This document shows positions 39,621 through 50,152 of a stretch of DNA of 64,000 bases, in pieces (position 1 is the stretch's first letter; every line of letters starts with the position of its first letter). The position numbers and the translations under genes are program-made. The notes under the pieces are model-generated. The model did no database searches. It saw only the letters and a list, made by a program, of their open reading frames with translations, and was not told where the DNA came from. The stretch is taken from positions 1,024,001 through 1,088,000 of the forward strand of contig OZ244744.1 of NCBI GenBank assembly GCA_965219455.1. Direction: 5' to 3'. The stretch is from Candidatus Latescibacterota bacterium. GTDB lineage: Bacteria > Latescibacterota > UBA2968 > GCA-2709665.

Positions 39621-39869
39621 GGTGGAGCGGACATCCTTGTCTGCTCACATACATCAAACCGGAACCTCGGAATCCTGTGTCCGGACACACCACGACTCGC
39701 CGCCATCTCCTCCACTGGAAAAAGGACGGCGCAATCTATCGGATCACTTCTGTCTGCATTGCGGCAGAAGGACCTCTCCCCCCGGCCCCCTCTCCTGCGA
39801 GGAGAGGGGGAGTCGAACGAAGCGTTGCGTAAACACGAGAAGGGCAGACAGGAATGTCTGCCCCACCTT
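39621..39869 (+). mobile_element. REP-flanked RAYT remnant, copy 2, with a second REP nested at ~39772-39811
   Basis: Homologous to 32664-32850; translates TRRHLLHWKKDGAIYRIT. Confidence 0.7.
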
Positions 39870-40000
39870 CACACCCGCATCCTCAACGGCTCGACAAGCC
39901 TTTATGCTGGGGTGGCATTGATTGATTGGCGAACAAAGCAGCTAAACGTGACAATTGCGTGTATTAATCAGGCTTACCATCTCAGAAAACGGGCAGATCC

Positions 40001-40768
40001 ATGAAACCGAAAGATGAAAAAATGGATGGCCATGATTTGGGTCGTTTGACCCGGCGGCTGGAGGCGCTGAATTTCGAGGATGTGGAGATGGAGACGGCCG
40101 GATTCGTAGACGAATTTCCCATCTATTGTATCCGGTTGGGCGGTGACCCGCGCGGCAGGAAACGGGTGCTTCTCTCCGGCGGCGTCCACGGGGACGAACC
40201 GGCGGGGCCGGAGGCGGCTCTCGCCTTTCTGGAGCGGAACCCGGTGGATCTGCTCCGGCACTTTACGTTTCTCATTCTGCCGTGCGTCAATCCCTACGGA
40301 TACGTCCACAACAGGAGGGAAAACCGGGAGGGTGAAGATATCAACCGGTCTTTCTCGGAGGCCGGCGTTCGCGAGGGGGAAATTGCCAGGCGGATATTGA
40401 AGGGAAAGCGGTTCGACCTGTACGTGGACTTCCACGAAGACTGGGAAGCCACCGGATTCTATCTGTACGAGGGCCGACGCGATGAACGGTGGGCCGGTCC
40501 GGAAATCGTCCGCGAAGTCGAGAAGGTGGGCGCCATTGATCCCGACGGGGAAGAGGAAGAGAACGACCTCCCCGTCTCAAGGGGCGTCTACAAGGTCTCG
40601 CCGTCGTGGGGCACCGGCGGGATCGTCCCCTACGTATATCATTACCACGCGGATCACGTGCTCATCTTCGAGACGCCCACGGCATGGCCGATGGCACAGC
40701 GAACGGCTGCTCATCTCGCAGGCCTGGATACCGTTCTAAATTGGACCCTCGACAATCACGCCTGCTGA
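40001..40768 (+). CDS. M14-family metallocarboxypeptidase / succinylglutamate desuccinylase-like
   Basis: GGVHGDEPAG, PCVNPYG, DINR, DFHED, FETP. Confidence 0.9.
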   Translation: MKPKDEKMDGHDLGRLTRRLEALNFEDVEMETAGFVDEFPIYCIRLGGDPRGRKRVLLSGGVHGDEPAGPEAALAFLERNPVDLLRHFTFLILPCVNPYGYVHNRRENREGEDINRSFSEAGVREGEIARRILKGKRFDLYVDFHEDWEATGFYLYEGRRDERWAGPEIVREVEKVGAIDPDGEEEENDLPVSRGVYKVSPSWGTGGIVPYVYHYHADHVLIFETPTAWPMAQRTAAHLAGLDTVLNWTLDNHAC

Positions 40769-40801
40769 TGCCGATCCCATGTATCTGTCCATGACTACCT
40801 C

Positions 40802-41521
40802 ATGACCAACCGTACACCCAGTTGGATCTTCTTCGATTGCTTCAATACGCTTCTGGACGACTTCGATGAAACCGGAGATGAGTCCGGCTTGAGCTCGATT
40901 GTCGACCTGCCGGTCCGGGAGGGTTACTTTGCCGCTCCCCGCGACTTCGTGAATGCGTATTCGCGTTGGCGGAGGCACCGATTGTCCGGCAACGACTCGA
41001 GGGAGGTCGAGCTTAAAGACCGACTGTCGGAGGTGCTTGCGGCTACCGAAAAGACCGTTGGAAATCCCGTTCACGGGCTCGTACAGGAAATGGTGGAAGC
41101 ATTCGAAAGGTCTTATCCGAAGCAGGTCCGGCCAACGCCAGGGGTCGAGGCGATGCTGGCGTCGTGGCGCGGTAACGTTCGAATGGGCGTCGTGTCGAAT
41201 TTCTACCTTTCAGGGTGGCCGGAACAACTGCTCGCCGACCACGGATTGTCGGACAACTTCGAGTTTGTCGTGGACAGCGCCAGATTGGGGTTCAGAAAGC
41301 CGGGCGCCGAAATCTATCGTGAGAGCCTCAGCCGCGCCGGGCTTTCCGCTGAACGCGCCGGTGACGTCCTGTTCATCGGGGATAGTCTTCAAAACGATGT
41401 CCTGGCCCCAAGATCGCTGGGCATAGCCGCCATATATTTCGATCGTTCGCGCGACCGGCCGATGGCGGGCCGGCAAACGTGGACGGACTCGATCACCCAC
41501 TGGGACGAGTTCCGGCCGTGA
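40802..41521 (+). CDS. HAD-superfamily hydrolase
   Basis: FFDCFNTL, VVSN, RKP, FIGDSLQND. Confidence 0.9.
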   Translation: MTNRTPSWIFFDCFNTLLDDFDETGDESGLSSIVDLPVREGYFAAPRDFVNAYSRWRRHRLSGNDSREVELKDRLSEVLAATEKTVGNPVHGLVQEMVEAFERSYPKQVRPTPGVEAMLASWRGNVRMGVVSNFYLSGWPEQLLADHGLSDNFEFVVDSARLGFRKPGAEIYRESLSRAGLSAERAGDVLFIGDSLQNDVLAPRSLGIAAIYFDRSRDRPMAGRQTWTDSITHWDEFRP

Positions 41522-41742
41522 CGATACCCTTCGCCGGCCCTTCGACAGGCTCAGGGAGCGTCTCAGGGCAGAGCTTCGTGGCCACAGGTTTCATGTGCCG
41601 GTTCAGGGATGCATTGGAAATCGCATTCCGATGTCTTGCGCATGGAGTGGCTGTTCACTATATTGGTGAACGGATGTTCCCCCGACCACCGCGGCCCAAA
41701 CGTCTCATCCCGGCGTCGACAGACTCCGTATGAGGAACGCAC

Positions 41743-44700
41743 ATGCCCTTGGAAAGCTTCCATCCCGTTGTCCGGCAGTGGTTTAATCAGAATTTCAACG
41801 ACCCGTCCGAAATTCAGTCTCTGGCCTGGCCTGAAATCCTGAATAGAAGAAATGTCCTGCTGTCCGCGCCGACGGGATCCGGGAAAACGCTCGCGGCATT
41901 TATGGCAGTCCTGAACGACCTGTTCGAGCGCCGTCTCGACGGCACGCTGGAGGACCGGACCCAGGTCGTCTATGTATCGCCCCTGAAGGCGCTCAGCAAC
42001 GATATCCATCGCAACCTGCAGGTCCCGCTCAAGGGCATAAAGGCGCTCCTGGAACAGAACGGTTACCCAAACGCGGACGTACGGGCGATGGTCCGGACCG
42101 GTGACACACCGGGCTCCGAACGGACAAAGATGGTACGGACGCCCCCCCACATCCTGGTGACCACACCGGAATCTCTCTACCTTCTCCTGACAAGCAACGG
42201 CGGACGGGAAATGCTGAGCAGCGCGGGCACGTTAATCGTGGATGAGATCCACGCCGTCGCCGGTAACAAACGCGGCGCCCACCTGTCCATTTCAATGGAG
42301 CGACTGGCGCGCCTCAGCCGGAACCCGGTCCACCGGATCGGTATCTCCGCCACCCAGAAGCCCATTGAGCGGATGGCGCATTTTCTCACCGGAACCGCAG
42401 AACCCTGCAAGATCCTCAACATCGGTCATCGGCGTGAGTTGGAACTGGACATCGAGTTGCCGGAATCGCCGCTCACGGCAGTGATGGCCAATGAAGTCTG
42501 GGAAGAGATCCATCAATCCCTGGAACGTACCATCACCGAACATCAGACCACCCTGATATTCGTACCCACGCGCTCCATGGCCGAACGCCTTTCGCATCAT
42601 CTGTCCGACCGGCTGGGGCCCGAAGTCGTCTCCGCCCACCACGGGAGCATGTCCCGCGAAAAACGCCTGGACGCGGAGACGAGGCTCAAGGCCGGCGCCC
42701 TGAGTGCCCTGGTGGCCACCGGATCTCTCGAACTGGGCATCGACGTGGGATCCATCGATCTGGTTGTTCAAATCGGATCCCCCAAGGCCATCGCCACGCT
42801 GCTTCAGCGCGTTGGCCGTTCCGGCCACACCCTCGAGGGAACCCCGAGCGGGAAGCTGTATCCGCTCACCAAAGATGAATTGGTCGAAGCCGTGGCGCTG
42901 CTGGACAGTGTCCGCAGGGGCGAACTGGACAAACTTCCCTTTCCCGAGAAACCGCTGGACGTGCTCGCCCAGCAGATCGTGGCTGAGGTCGCGAGTGAGG
43001 ACAGCACGTCGGAAGCGCTCTACGACCTCGTCCGAAAATCGTCCATCTATCAAAATCTAAGCATTGAAGAATTCAACGGCGTCGTCCAGATGCTGGTGGA
43101 GGGATTCACATTCAGGCGGGGTACGCGGCGGTCCTACCTCCACTTCAATCCGGTCACGCGGACACTGAGGGCCAAAAAAGGCGCCCGTCTCAACGCGATC
43201 GTCTCGGGAGGAACCATCCCCGACCAGTTCGACTATGACGTGCGCCTGGAACCATCCGGCGTTCAGATCGGCTCCGTGCACGAAGATTTCGCCGTCGAGA
43301 GCCTTCCTGGCGACATTTTTCAGCTGGGCACCGCTTCGTGGCGAATCCTCAAGGTGGAAACCGGAAAGGTGCGCGTCGAAGACGCCGACGGCCTTCCCCC
43401 CACAATGCCGTTCTGGATCGGCGAAGCCCCCGGCAGATCCGCGGAACTCTCAACGTCGGTCTCCCGTGTCCGCGAAGAAGTGGCTGCGAGAATAAACATC
43501 GATGAACTGGACGACAACGGATCCGGAGAATGGAAAACGGATGCCGCCGCCTGGCTGACGGACGAGGTCGGCGCAAGCGCGGAGGCGGCCGATCAGGTGG
43601 TCACGTACCTGGCTGCCACAAAGGCATCTCTGGACCTGGTACCGTCGCAGAAGCACATCGTTCTTGAGCGTTTCTTCGACGAGGTGGGCGACCAGCACCT
43701 CGTCATCCATTCGGTCTTCGGAAACCGGTTGAACCGGGCGTGGGGGCTCGCCCTTCGAAAACGATTCTGCCGAAAGTTCAACTTCGAACTCCAGGCGGCG
43801 GCGAACGAAGAGAGCCTGGTGCTCTCCCTCGGGCCCACGCACAGTTTCCCTCTTGAGGAAGTGGTCGGCTATCTGAACGACCGGACGGTTCGCGAGGTTC
43901 TCGTACAGGCCCTGCTGGATGCGCCGATGTTCCAGGCGCGGTGGCGCTGGAACGCCTGCACGGCGCTGGCTGTGCTCCGGCGCCGGGGCGGAGAACGCGT
44001 TCCGCCTCAGATCCAGCGTTCCGATGCCGAGGACCTGCTGGCCCTGATATTCCCTGACCAGCTCGCCTGCCTGGAAAACATCCCGGGCGACCGCGAGGTG
44101 CCTGACCATCCCCTCGTATACCAGACCGTTCACGACTGCCTCCACGAGGCGATGGACGTGGATGCCCTGGAAAGTCTCCTTCACCGGATTCACACAGGGG
44201 AAGTCGAAGTGTCGGCTCGTGATCTCCGTGAACCTTCCCCCATGTCCGAGAGCATTCTCAACGCGCGGCCGTATGCGTTCCTGGATGACGCGCCACTTGA
44301 GGAAAGGCGGGTACAGGCCGTCAGAACACGCAGGCGGCTCGAACCCGCGGACGCCAGGAAGCTGGGCAAGCTGGAGCAAGGTGCGATCGATGCGGTGAAG
44401 GAGGAGGCCTGGCCAGCGGTTACGGACGCGGATGAATTGTATGACGTTCTGGTGATGCACGGGTTCCTGACCGACGCGGAAATTGTGGAAAGCGGCGATG
44501 GAACGTGGCGCCCGCTCCTGGCGTCGCTCGTGGAATCGGGTCAGGCGGTACCCGTCGACCCGAGGGACGGACCGAAACTCTGGATCGCCGTGGAGAGGAT
44601 TCCGCAATTCGAGGTTCTGTACGGTGAAGCCGTCGGACGCTGCGCAACGGCAGTGCAGGACTCCTTCCGGGCATTTTCATCTGAAGACCCGGGACAGGTA

Positions 44701-46074
44701 CTCGCGGACGTGGTCAGGGGAAGGATAGAGCTGCTGGGGCCCACAACCGCGTCCCGAATCGCAAGGGATATGGGCCTTTCCACGCAGCGGATCGACCAGG
44801 CGCTTCACGCACTGGAATCCGAGGGCTTCGCGATCAGAGGCCACTTCTCCCCGGACCTGCCCTCCGACGCCGAAACGGAATGGTGCGAGCGCCGCCTGCT
44901 GGCGCGAATCCACAGGTATACCCTCGAAAAGCTGCGCCGGGCAATCAAACCCATCTCCTCGTCGGACTACGTGCGGTTTCTTCTCCGTTGGCACAGCCTC
45001 ACCGAGGGCACCCGGAAAGAAGGCCCCGAAGCGCTTCAGGAGGTTCTGGATCAACTCGACGGATTTTCCTGTCCAGCCATCGCGTGGGAGAGCGACGTCC
45101 TACCTTCGCGCGTCAAGGACTACGACCATTTATGGCTGGATACCTGTTGTTTATCGGGGAAAACCATGTGGGGCCGTTATCTCAGGACACAAAGCGTCAG
45201 GGCGGGAAATACCCCTATCCGCACCACGCCGATCACCCTGGTCAATCGGACCACCTTCGCGGCCTGGCCGTTCCGCCCTGCGGAGTCTGGCGCGCCGGTC
45301 CTGACCCCGTCCGCGCAAACGGTACTCGAGTGTCTGAAAGCCGGCGGTGCGCTGTTTTACCACGACATCTTCGCCAGGTCGAAAATGCTCAGGAGTGAAA
45401 TCGAGAGCGCCATCGCCGAATTGGTGGCGGCAGGATTGCTCACGTGCGATAGCTTTGCGGGGTTGCGGGCGCTTCTGATTCCGGAGAAATTCAAGGTGCG
45501 GTCCCGGCGGAATCGGGGGCCGGTCTTCGGCATGGAGCAGGCCGGCCGGTGGTCCCTGATCGAACCCGACTTCGAAGATCAGGCCGATATCGAACAATGC
45601 GCACGAATACTGCTGAAACGTTACGGTGTTGTCTTCAGACGGGTACTGGCCAGAGAGAACGGCATACCGCCCTGGCGCGATCTGGTACGGGTCTTGCGGC
45701 GGATGGAGGACCGAGGCGAGGTCCGGGGAGGCCGATTCGTGGAGAGATGGGGAGAGCAGTACGCACTTCCAGAGGCGATTACCGTCATCCGGTCCCTGAA
45801 ACGGGAGAAGAGACGGGGCGAACTCGTATCGGTCAGCGCCTGCGATCCGGTCAACCTGGTCGGTGTCGTCACACCGGGCCGGCGCATCCCGGCGATTCCC
45901 GGCAACCGGATCCTCTTTCGCGACGGGGAACCCGTCGCCCGGTACGAAGGTAAATCGGTTCATTTCGAGAAGAAGCTCGACGCGGAAATGGCCTGGACGC
46001 TGGAGAAAAGCCTGATACGAAAGCACGTTCCGCCCAAGCTCAGGGAATACCTGGGGAAAATCGTACTTCCGTAA
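41743..46074 (+). CDS. lhr: Lhr-family DEAD/DEAH-box helicase
   Basis: APTGSGKT, SPLKALSND, TTPESLY, DEIH, SAT, LELGID, QRVGRSGH, LKRYGVV, RGGRFV. Confidence 0.93.
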   Translation: MPLESFHPVVRQWFNQNFNDPSEIQSLAWPEILNRRNVLLSAPTGSGKTLAAFMAVLNDLFERRLDGTLEDRTQVVYVSPLKALSNDIHRNLQVPLKGIKALLEQNGYPNADVRAMVRTGDTPGSERTKMVRTPPHILVTTPESLYLLLTSNGGREMLSSAGTLIVDEIHAVAGNKRGAHLSISMERLARLSRNPVHRIGISATQKPIERMAHFLTGTAEPCKILNIGHRRELELDIELPESPLTAVMANEVWEEIHQSLERTITEHQTTLIFVPTRSMAERLSHHLSDRLGPEVVSAHHGSMSREKRLDAETRLKAGALSALVATGSLELGIDVGSIDLVVQIGSPKAIATLLQRVGRSGHTLEGTPSGKLYPLTKDELVEAVALLDSVRRGELDKLPFPEKPLDVLAQQIVAEVASEDSTSEALYDLVRKSSIYQNLSIEEFNGVVQMLVEGFTFRRGTRRSYLHFNPVTRTLRAKKGARLNAIVSGGTIPDQFDYDVRLEPSGVQIGSVHEDFAVESLPGDIFQLGTASWRILKVETGKVRVEDADGLPPTMPFWIGEAPGRSAELSTSVSRVREEVAARINIDELDDNGSGEWKTDAAAWLTDEVGASAEAADQVVTYLAATKASLDLVPSQKHIVLERFFDEVGDQHLVIHSVFGNRLNRAWGLALRKRFCRKFNFELQAAANEESLVLSLGPTHSFPLEEVVGYLNDRTVREVLVQALLDAPMFQARWRWNACTALAVLRRRGGERVPPQIQRSDAEDLLALIFPDQLACLENIPGDREVPDHPLVYQTVHDCLHEAMDVDALESLLHRIHTGEVEVSARDLREPSPMSESILNARPYAFLDDAPLEERRVQAVRTRRRLEPADARKLGKLEQGAIDAVKEEAWPAVTDADELYDVLVMHGFLTDAEIVESGDGTWRPLLASLVESGQAVPVDPRDGPKLWIAVERIPQFEVLYGEAVGRCATAVQDSFRAFSSEDPGQVLADVVRGRIELLGPTTASRIARDMGLSTQRIDQALHALESEGFAIRGHFSPDLPSDAETEWCERRLLARIHRYTLEKLRRAIKPISSSDYVRFLLRWHSLTEGTRKEGPEALQEVLDQLDGFSCPAIAWESDVLPSRVKDYDHLWLDTCCLSGKTMWGRYLRTQSVRAGNTPIRTTPITLVNRTTFAAWPFRPAESGAPVLTPSAQTVLECLKAGGALFYHDIFARSKMLRSEIESAIAELVAAGLLTCDSFAGLRALLIPEKFKVRSRRNRGPVFGMEQAGRWSLIEPDFEDQADIEQCARILLKRYGVVFRRVLARENGIPPWRDLVRVLRRMEDRGEVRGGRFVERWGEQYALPEAITVIRSLKREKRRGELVSVSACDPVNLVGVVTPGRRIPAIPGNRILFRDGEPVARYEGKSVHFEKKLDAEMAWTLEKSLIRKHVPPKLREYLGKIVLP

Positions 46075-46375
46075 ACCTCCTCGCGTGCGTTGCCTGCGCT
46101 GCCTGTGCTGCTTGCGTTGAGCTTGTCGAAACGACCTTGTCAAAACGCGCACGCAGACCTTCGGCAGGCCGCAGGCGACTTGCGATCCGTGCGACTCGCC
46201 GGCCGAATTCCGGTCGTCAATTTCCAGGTCGGAACGCGGGCAGTTCAATTCACTTCCCAATTCTCCCCGTAAACCCGATTGACGGTCCTTGAATTATCGA
46301 TTTCTTCGGGCAGAAAAAGATAAATTCCTTATATTAGGGAAAATAACTGTAGCAATTTGCGACACTGGCGAATAG

Positions 46376-46951
46376 ATGGGAGATCTTCACATGGCGATGG
46401 CGGAATTCGCTCGTCTACAGAGCTGTGTCAGACCAGCCACGGAGCGCGAGTTACACGAGCGCGCCGAACGCAACCGCGAATGGAACACCCTTATCGAGGA
46501 GGGGGTCTGCCATACCTGCCAGTATATTGCCCGGGGTGAAGCCACGTCGAACGGTAACGACGAATTGCTGCTCGACGACGAGCGATGTTTCGCGATTCTC
46601 GAGCGATATCCGCGCGGTCTGGGTCACACGATCGTGATCGCCAAACCACACGTCCCGGATATCGCCGGGCTGTCGGACGGGTTCGGCAGTGAGTTGATGA
46701 CGACTATGCTCCGGCTGACCCGGGCGCTGAAGGCGGTTACCGGCTGCGAAAAAGTCTATCAGGTCACCATGTGTTCCGGAAAGGTGTCCCACCTGCACTT
46801 TCAGTTGTTACCGAGACTCCCCGGCGAACAGATCGGCGGCGGCGTCTTTTCGAGCACCCGCCAGTATCTGGCTTCGGCGGAACCCCTGGCGGGTGCCATC
46901 AGAACGGCACTTGCCTGCGCGCCGGGCACGGACGGCGGGCGTGGCGCCTGA
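46376..46951 (+). CDS. HIT-family protein
   Basis: CHTC, GHTIVIAKPH, HLHFQLLPR (HxHxQ variant). Confidence 0.82.
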   Translation: MGDLHMAMAEFARLQSCVRPATERELHERAERNREWNTLIEEGVCHTCQYIARGEATSNGNDELLLDDERCFAILERYPRGLGHTIVIAKPHVPDIAGLSDGFGSELMTTMLRLTRALKAVTGCEKVYQVTMCSGKVSHLHFQLLPRLPGEQIGGGVFSSTRQYLASAEPLAGAIRTALACAPGTDGGRGA

Positions 46952-47110
46952 ACCACCTGGCGAAGTGACGGCATATTTTCTCGAAAAAACACGTGCTGCG
47001 GACTCCCTCCGGATGCCGAGCCAATTCATATACTGCAAGGTATCCCCGTTAACTTCCGTCCGCCATACTCAAACCCGAAATTCCAACTTTCAAACGTAAG
47101 GAGAGAGTTT

Positions 47111-49993
47111 ATGACATCCGCAAGAACGCTCCTGACCCTGCTGCTCTGCTTCGTCGCACCCGCCTTCGCGCAGGGAACGGGCTCCATTAAGGGACAAATC
47201 ACCGGTGCGGAGGGCGATGCTCTGTACGGCGCCAACGTCATTGTCCAGAGCGCTGCTCTACAGGCTCCCATCAAGGTCGTCTCCGGCGTGAACGGCATGT
47301 ACGAGGCCGCAGGTTTGTCGGACGGCGTCTATGAAGTCTCCGTTTCTTTCGTCGGATACGAGACCGCGACCCGGAGCAACGTCCGGATATCCGACGGCGG
47401 CGGGATCGACCTCGACTTCAGTCTGGACGTCGAGGTTCTTTATGGAGACCAGATCATCGTTTCCGCGTCCCGCCGGCGGGAAAAAGTCCTGGACGCGCCG
47501 GCCTCGGTCGCGGTCGTTGAATCCGACGCCGTGCAGGCTCAGCGCGGTTTGAGCGCCGCGGATTACATCGTGGGGCTTGCGGGCGTGGACAACGCCCAGA
47601 CCGGCCTCGTCCAGGCCAACACCGTCACGCGCGGCTTCAACAACGTGTTCTCCGGAACACTGCTTACACTGGTGGACAACCGGATTACGCGCGTGCCTTC
47701 CCTGCGGTTCAACGCCCATCACTTCATTCCCGTTACAAACCACGACATCGAACGCGTCGAAGTCGTCCTGGGTCCCGGGTCGGCCCTTTACGGGCCAAAC
47801 AGCGCAAATGGCGTGATGCACATCATCACCCGGTCGCCCTTCGGCTCCGAAGGCACGTCTGTCAGCGTCATGGGCGGCGAACGCGACCTGCGAAAACTCT
47901 CCTTCCGGCACGCCGCCTCAACCGAAAAGGTCGGCGTCAAACTGTCCGGCCAGTACTTTTCCGGAACGGACTGGGAATACGAAGACCCGGAGGAGGTGCG
48001 GCTGCGCGGCAGGAATCCCAGAGACTACGATGTGAGCCGCATCAGCGGGGAACTGCGACTCGACGTTCGTCCAACCGAGGATCTCACGGGGATCCTTTCC
48101 GCCGGCTTTGCGCGGATCAACAGTATCGAAATGACGGGTATCGGCGGAGGTCAGGCAGACGGATGGGCCAATTACTCCCTCCAGGGTCGCCTGCTTTTCA
48201 AGGACATATTCATTCAGGCCTTTCACAACGGCAGCAACGCCGGGGATACCAAACTCCTGCGGACAAACGCGCTCATCGTGGACAAGTCCTCCTTTACGGT
48301 CCTGCAGGCCCAGCATAGCTTTAGCCTGGAAGACCGTAACCTGATTACCTACGGGATCGACGCCCTGTTCACGCGCCCGAATACAGGTGGTACCATCACC
48401 GGTTCCAATGAAACCCGCGACGATATCAACGAACTCGGGGTCTACGTGCAGGGCGAGAGCACCCTTAACGAGTATCTGACGCTGGTAGCGGCCGCCCGGT
48501 ACGACGACCACAACCACGTTGACGAGCGGGTCTTCTCGCCAAGGGCCGCCGTCGTTCTCAAACCCAATCCGTTGCAGACCGTCCGGTTCACCTACAACCG
48601 GGCGTTCGGCACGCCTTCCACAAACAACCTCTTCCTGGACGTCGCCCAGGCCAGGGACGCCTTCGGTACGGGTCGCGCCTTTCAACCGGTCCTGGGATTC
48701 AGCCCGAGCTTCGATATCCGCGCACAGGGAACCGAGGATGGATTCACCTTCAGCAGGGATGCCAGCGGCGTTCCTTATTTCCGTTCGCCCTTCGCTCAGG
48801 TTATCGGCCTGTCGCCTTCACACCAGATCGGGATGAACGACGCACGTTTCAGCAACGTGATGTGGGGTATCGGGCGAAGCGCCGTGATGGCTGCGGCGCT
48901 GCCATCACTAAAGGCGAAGGCAACGGAACTGATGACCGCACTACTCACGGCCGCCGGGGTCCCCCCGGAACAGATTCCGGCCATGGCGGCCCAGCGGGTG
49001 GAGGGGCTCGCGGTCGCTTTTCAGAATATCATTCCGCAGACCCTTCCAGGCCTGAGGAACACGCTCCGGGTTCTGAACCCCTCGACTGCAGCCTTCGACC
49101 CGGTTGCGGACCTGGGAGCGTCGACCGTACGGGACATCGACAAAATCAGACCCACGATTACGGAAACCTATGAAGTGGGTTACAAGGGCATCTTTGTGAA
49201 CCGTTTCGTGCTTGCGGCCGATGTCTACCGTACCCGCACCCACGACTTTGTCGGTCCACTGCGCGTGGAAACGCCCAACGTATTCCTGGATCCAGCCGCT
49301 CTTTCTACTTCACTGTCCGCCGCTATCGCGCAGGCCCTTCAACACCCGTCCGCGGCCGCACTGGCCGGGGCGCTTGCGTTTCTGGATTCTCCTGGAGAGG
49401 GCGGCAACGGCAACAACACCCCCGTAGACGAACTCACGCGTCTCTTTGTGGCAGGCACGGATAACAACGGCGCTGCATTCATCCCCTTCGGCACCGTGTC
49501 GCCCTTGCAATCCTCCGATCCAAACGCGATCATGTTGACCTACCGCAACTTCGGCGACGTCGACTTTTACGGCGTGGACGTCAGCGTCGCCTACTACGCG
49601 GATGACACGTGGACGTTTTCGGGCAGCTATTCACACGTCAACAAGGACCTGTTCAAGAATCTGGGCGGTATCGCGGACATCGCGCTCAATGCCCCGCGCA
49701 ACAAATTCACGCTCGGCGCGACCGCCAAAATGCAGGATTCCGGGGTCCGGTTCGGGTTTCGCCTCCGTGGCCGTAGCGGGTTCCCGATGAACTCGGGTGT
49801 CTACATCGGCAACGTCAATTCCTCCCTGGTCTTCGACGCGAACGTGAGGTACGAACTGCCGTCCATGGTTACGGATGGAACCGTCGCGCTCAAAGTGAAC
49901 GCATCCAACATGTTCAACCAGAAACACCGTGAATTCGTCGGAGCCCCCGAAATCGGTCGGCTCTTATCCGTCGGCCTGACGGCGGATTTCTAG
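47111..49993 (+). CDS. TonB-dependent outer-membrane receptor
   Basis: Signal peptide, carboxypeptidase-regulatory-like N-domain, plug (IERVEVVLGPGSALYG), C-terminal Phe. Confidence 0.93.
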   Translation: MTSARTLLTLLLCFVAPAFAQGTGSIKGQITGAEGDALYGANVIVQSAALQAPIKVVSGVNGMYEAAGLSDGVYEVSVSFVGYETATRSNVRISDGGGIDLDFSLDVEVLYGDQIIVSASRRREKVLDAPASVAVVESDAVQAQRGLSAADYIVGLAGVDNAQTGLVQANTVTRGFNNVFSGTLLTLVDNRITRVPSLRFNAHHFIPVTNHDIERVEVVLGPGSALYGPNSANGVMHIITRSPFGSEGTSVSVMGGERDLRKLSFRHAASTEKVGVKLSGQYFSGTDWEYEDPEEVRLRGRNPRDYDVSRISGELRLDVRPTEDLTGILSAGFARINSIEMTGIGGGQADGWANYSLQGRLLFKDIFIQAFHNGSNAGDTKLLRTNALIVDKSSFTVLQAQHSFSLEDRNLITYGIDALFTRPNTGGTITGSNETRDDINELGVYVQGESTLNEYLTLVAAARYDDHNHVDERVFSPRAAVVLKPNPLQTVRFTYNRAFGTPSTNNLFLDVAQARDAFGTGRAFQPVLGFSPSFDIRAQGTEDGFTFSRDASGVPYFRSPFAQVIGLSPSHQIGMNDARFSNVMWGIGRSAVMAAALPSLKAKATELMTALLTAAGVPPEQIPAMAAQRVEGLAVAFQNIIPQTLPGLRNTLRVLNPSTAAFDPVADLGASTVRDIDKIRPTITETYEVGYKGIFVNRFVLAADVYRTRTHDFVGPLRVETPNVFLDPAALSTSLSAAIAQALQHPSAAALAGALAFLDSPGEGGNGNNTPVDELTRLFVAGTDNNGAAFIPFGTVSPLQSSDPNAIMLTYRNFGDVDFYGVDVSVAYYADDTWTFSGSYSHVNKDLFKNLGGIADIALNAPRNKFTLGATAKMQDSGVRFGFRLRGRSGFPMNSGVYIGNVNSSLVFDANVRYELPSMVTDGTVALKVNASNMFNQKHREFVGAPEIGRLLSVGLTADF

Positions 49994-50152
49994 TACTCAG
50001 GCAAAGACAGCGATCAGCAGGTAGCTCAACGGCGGTTTGTGCTACGGATCGGCGATGTCAACCAGCGATATCCGCGCCATTTCAGGGGCAACCACAAGGG
50101 TTGCCCCTACAACTTCCATGGCAGCCCGGGGAACACGTCGAATAGACTAAAC

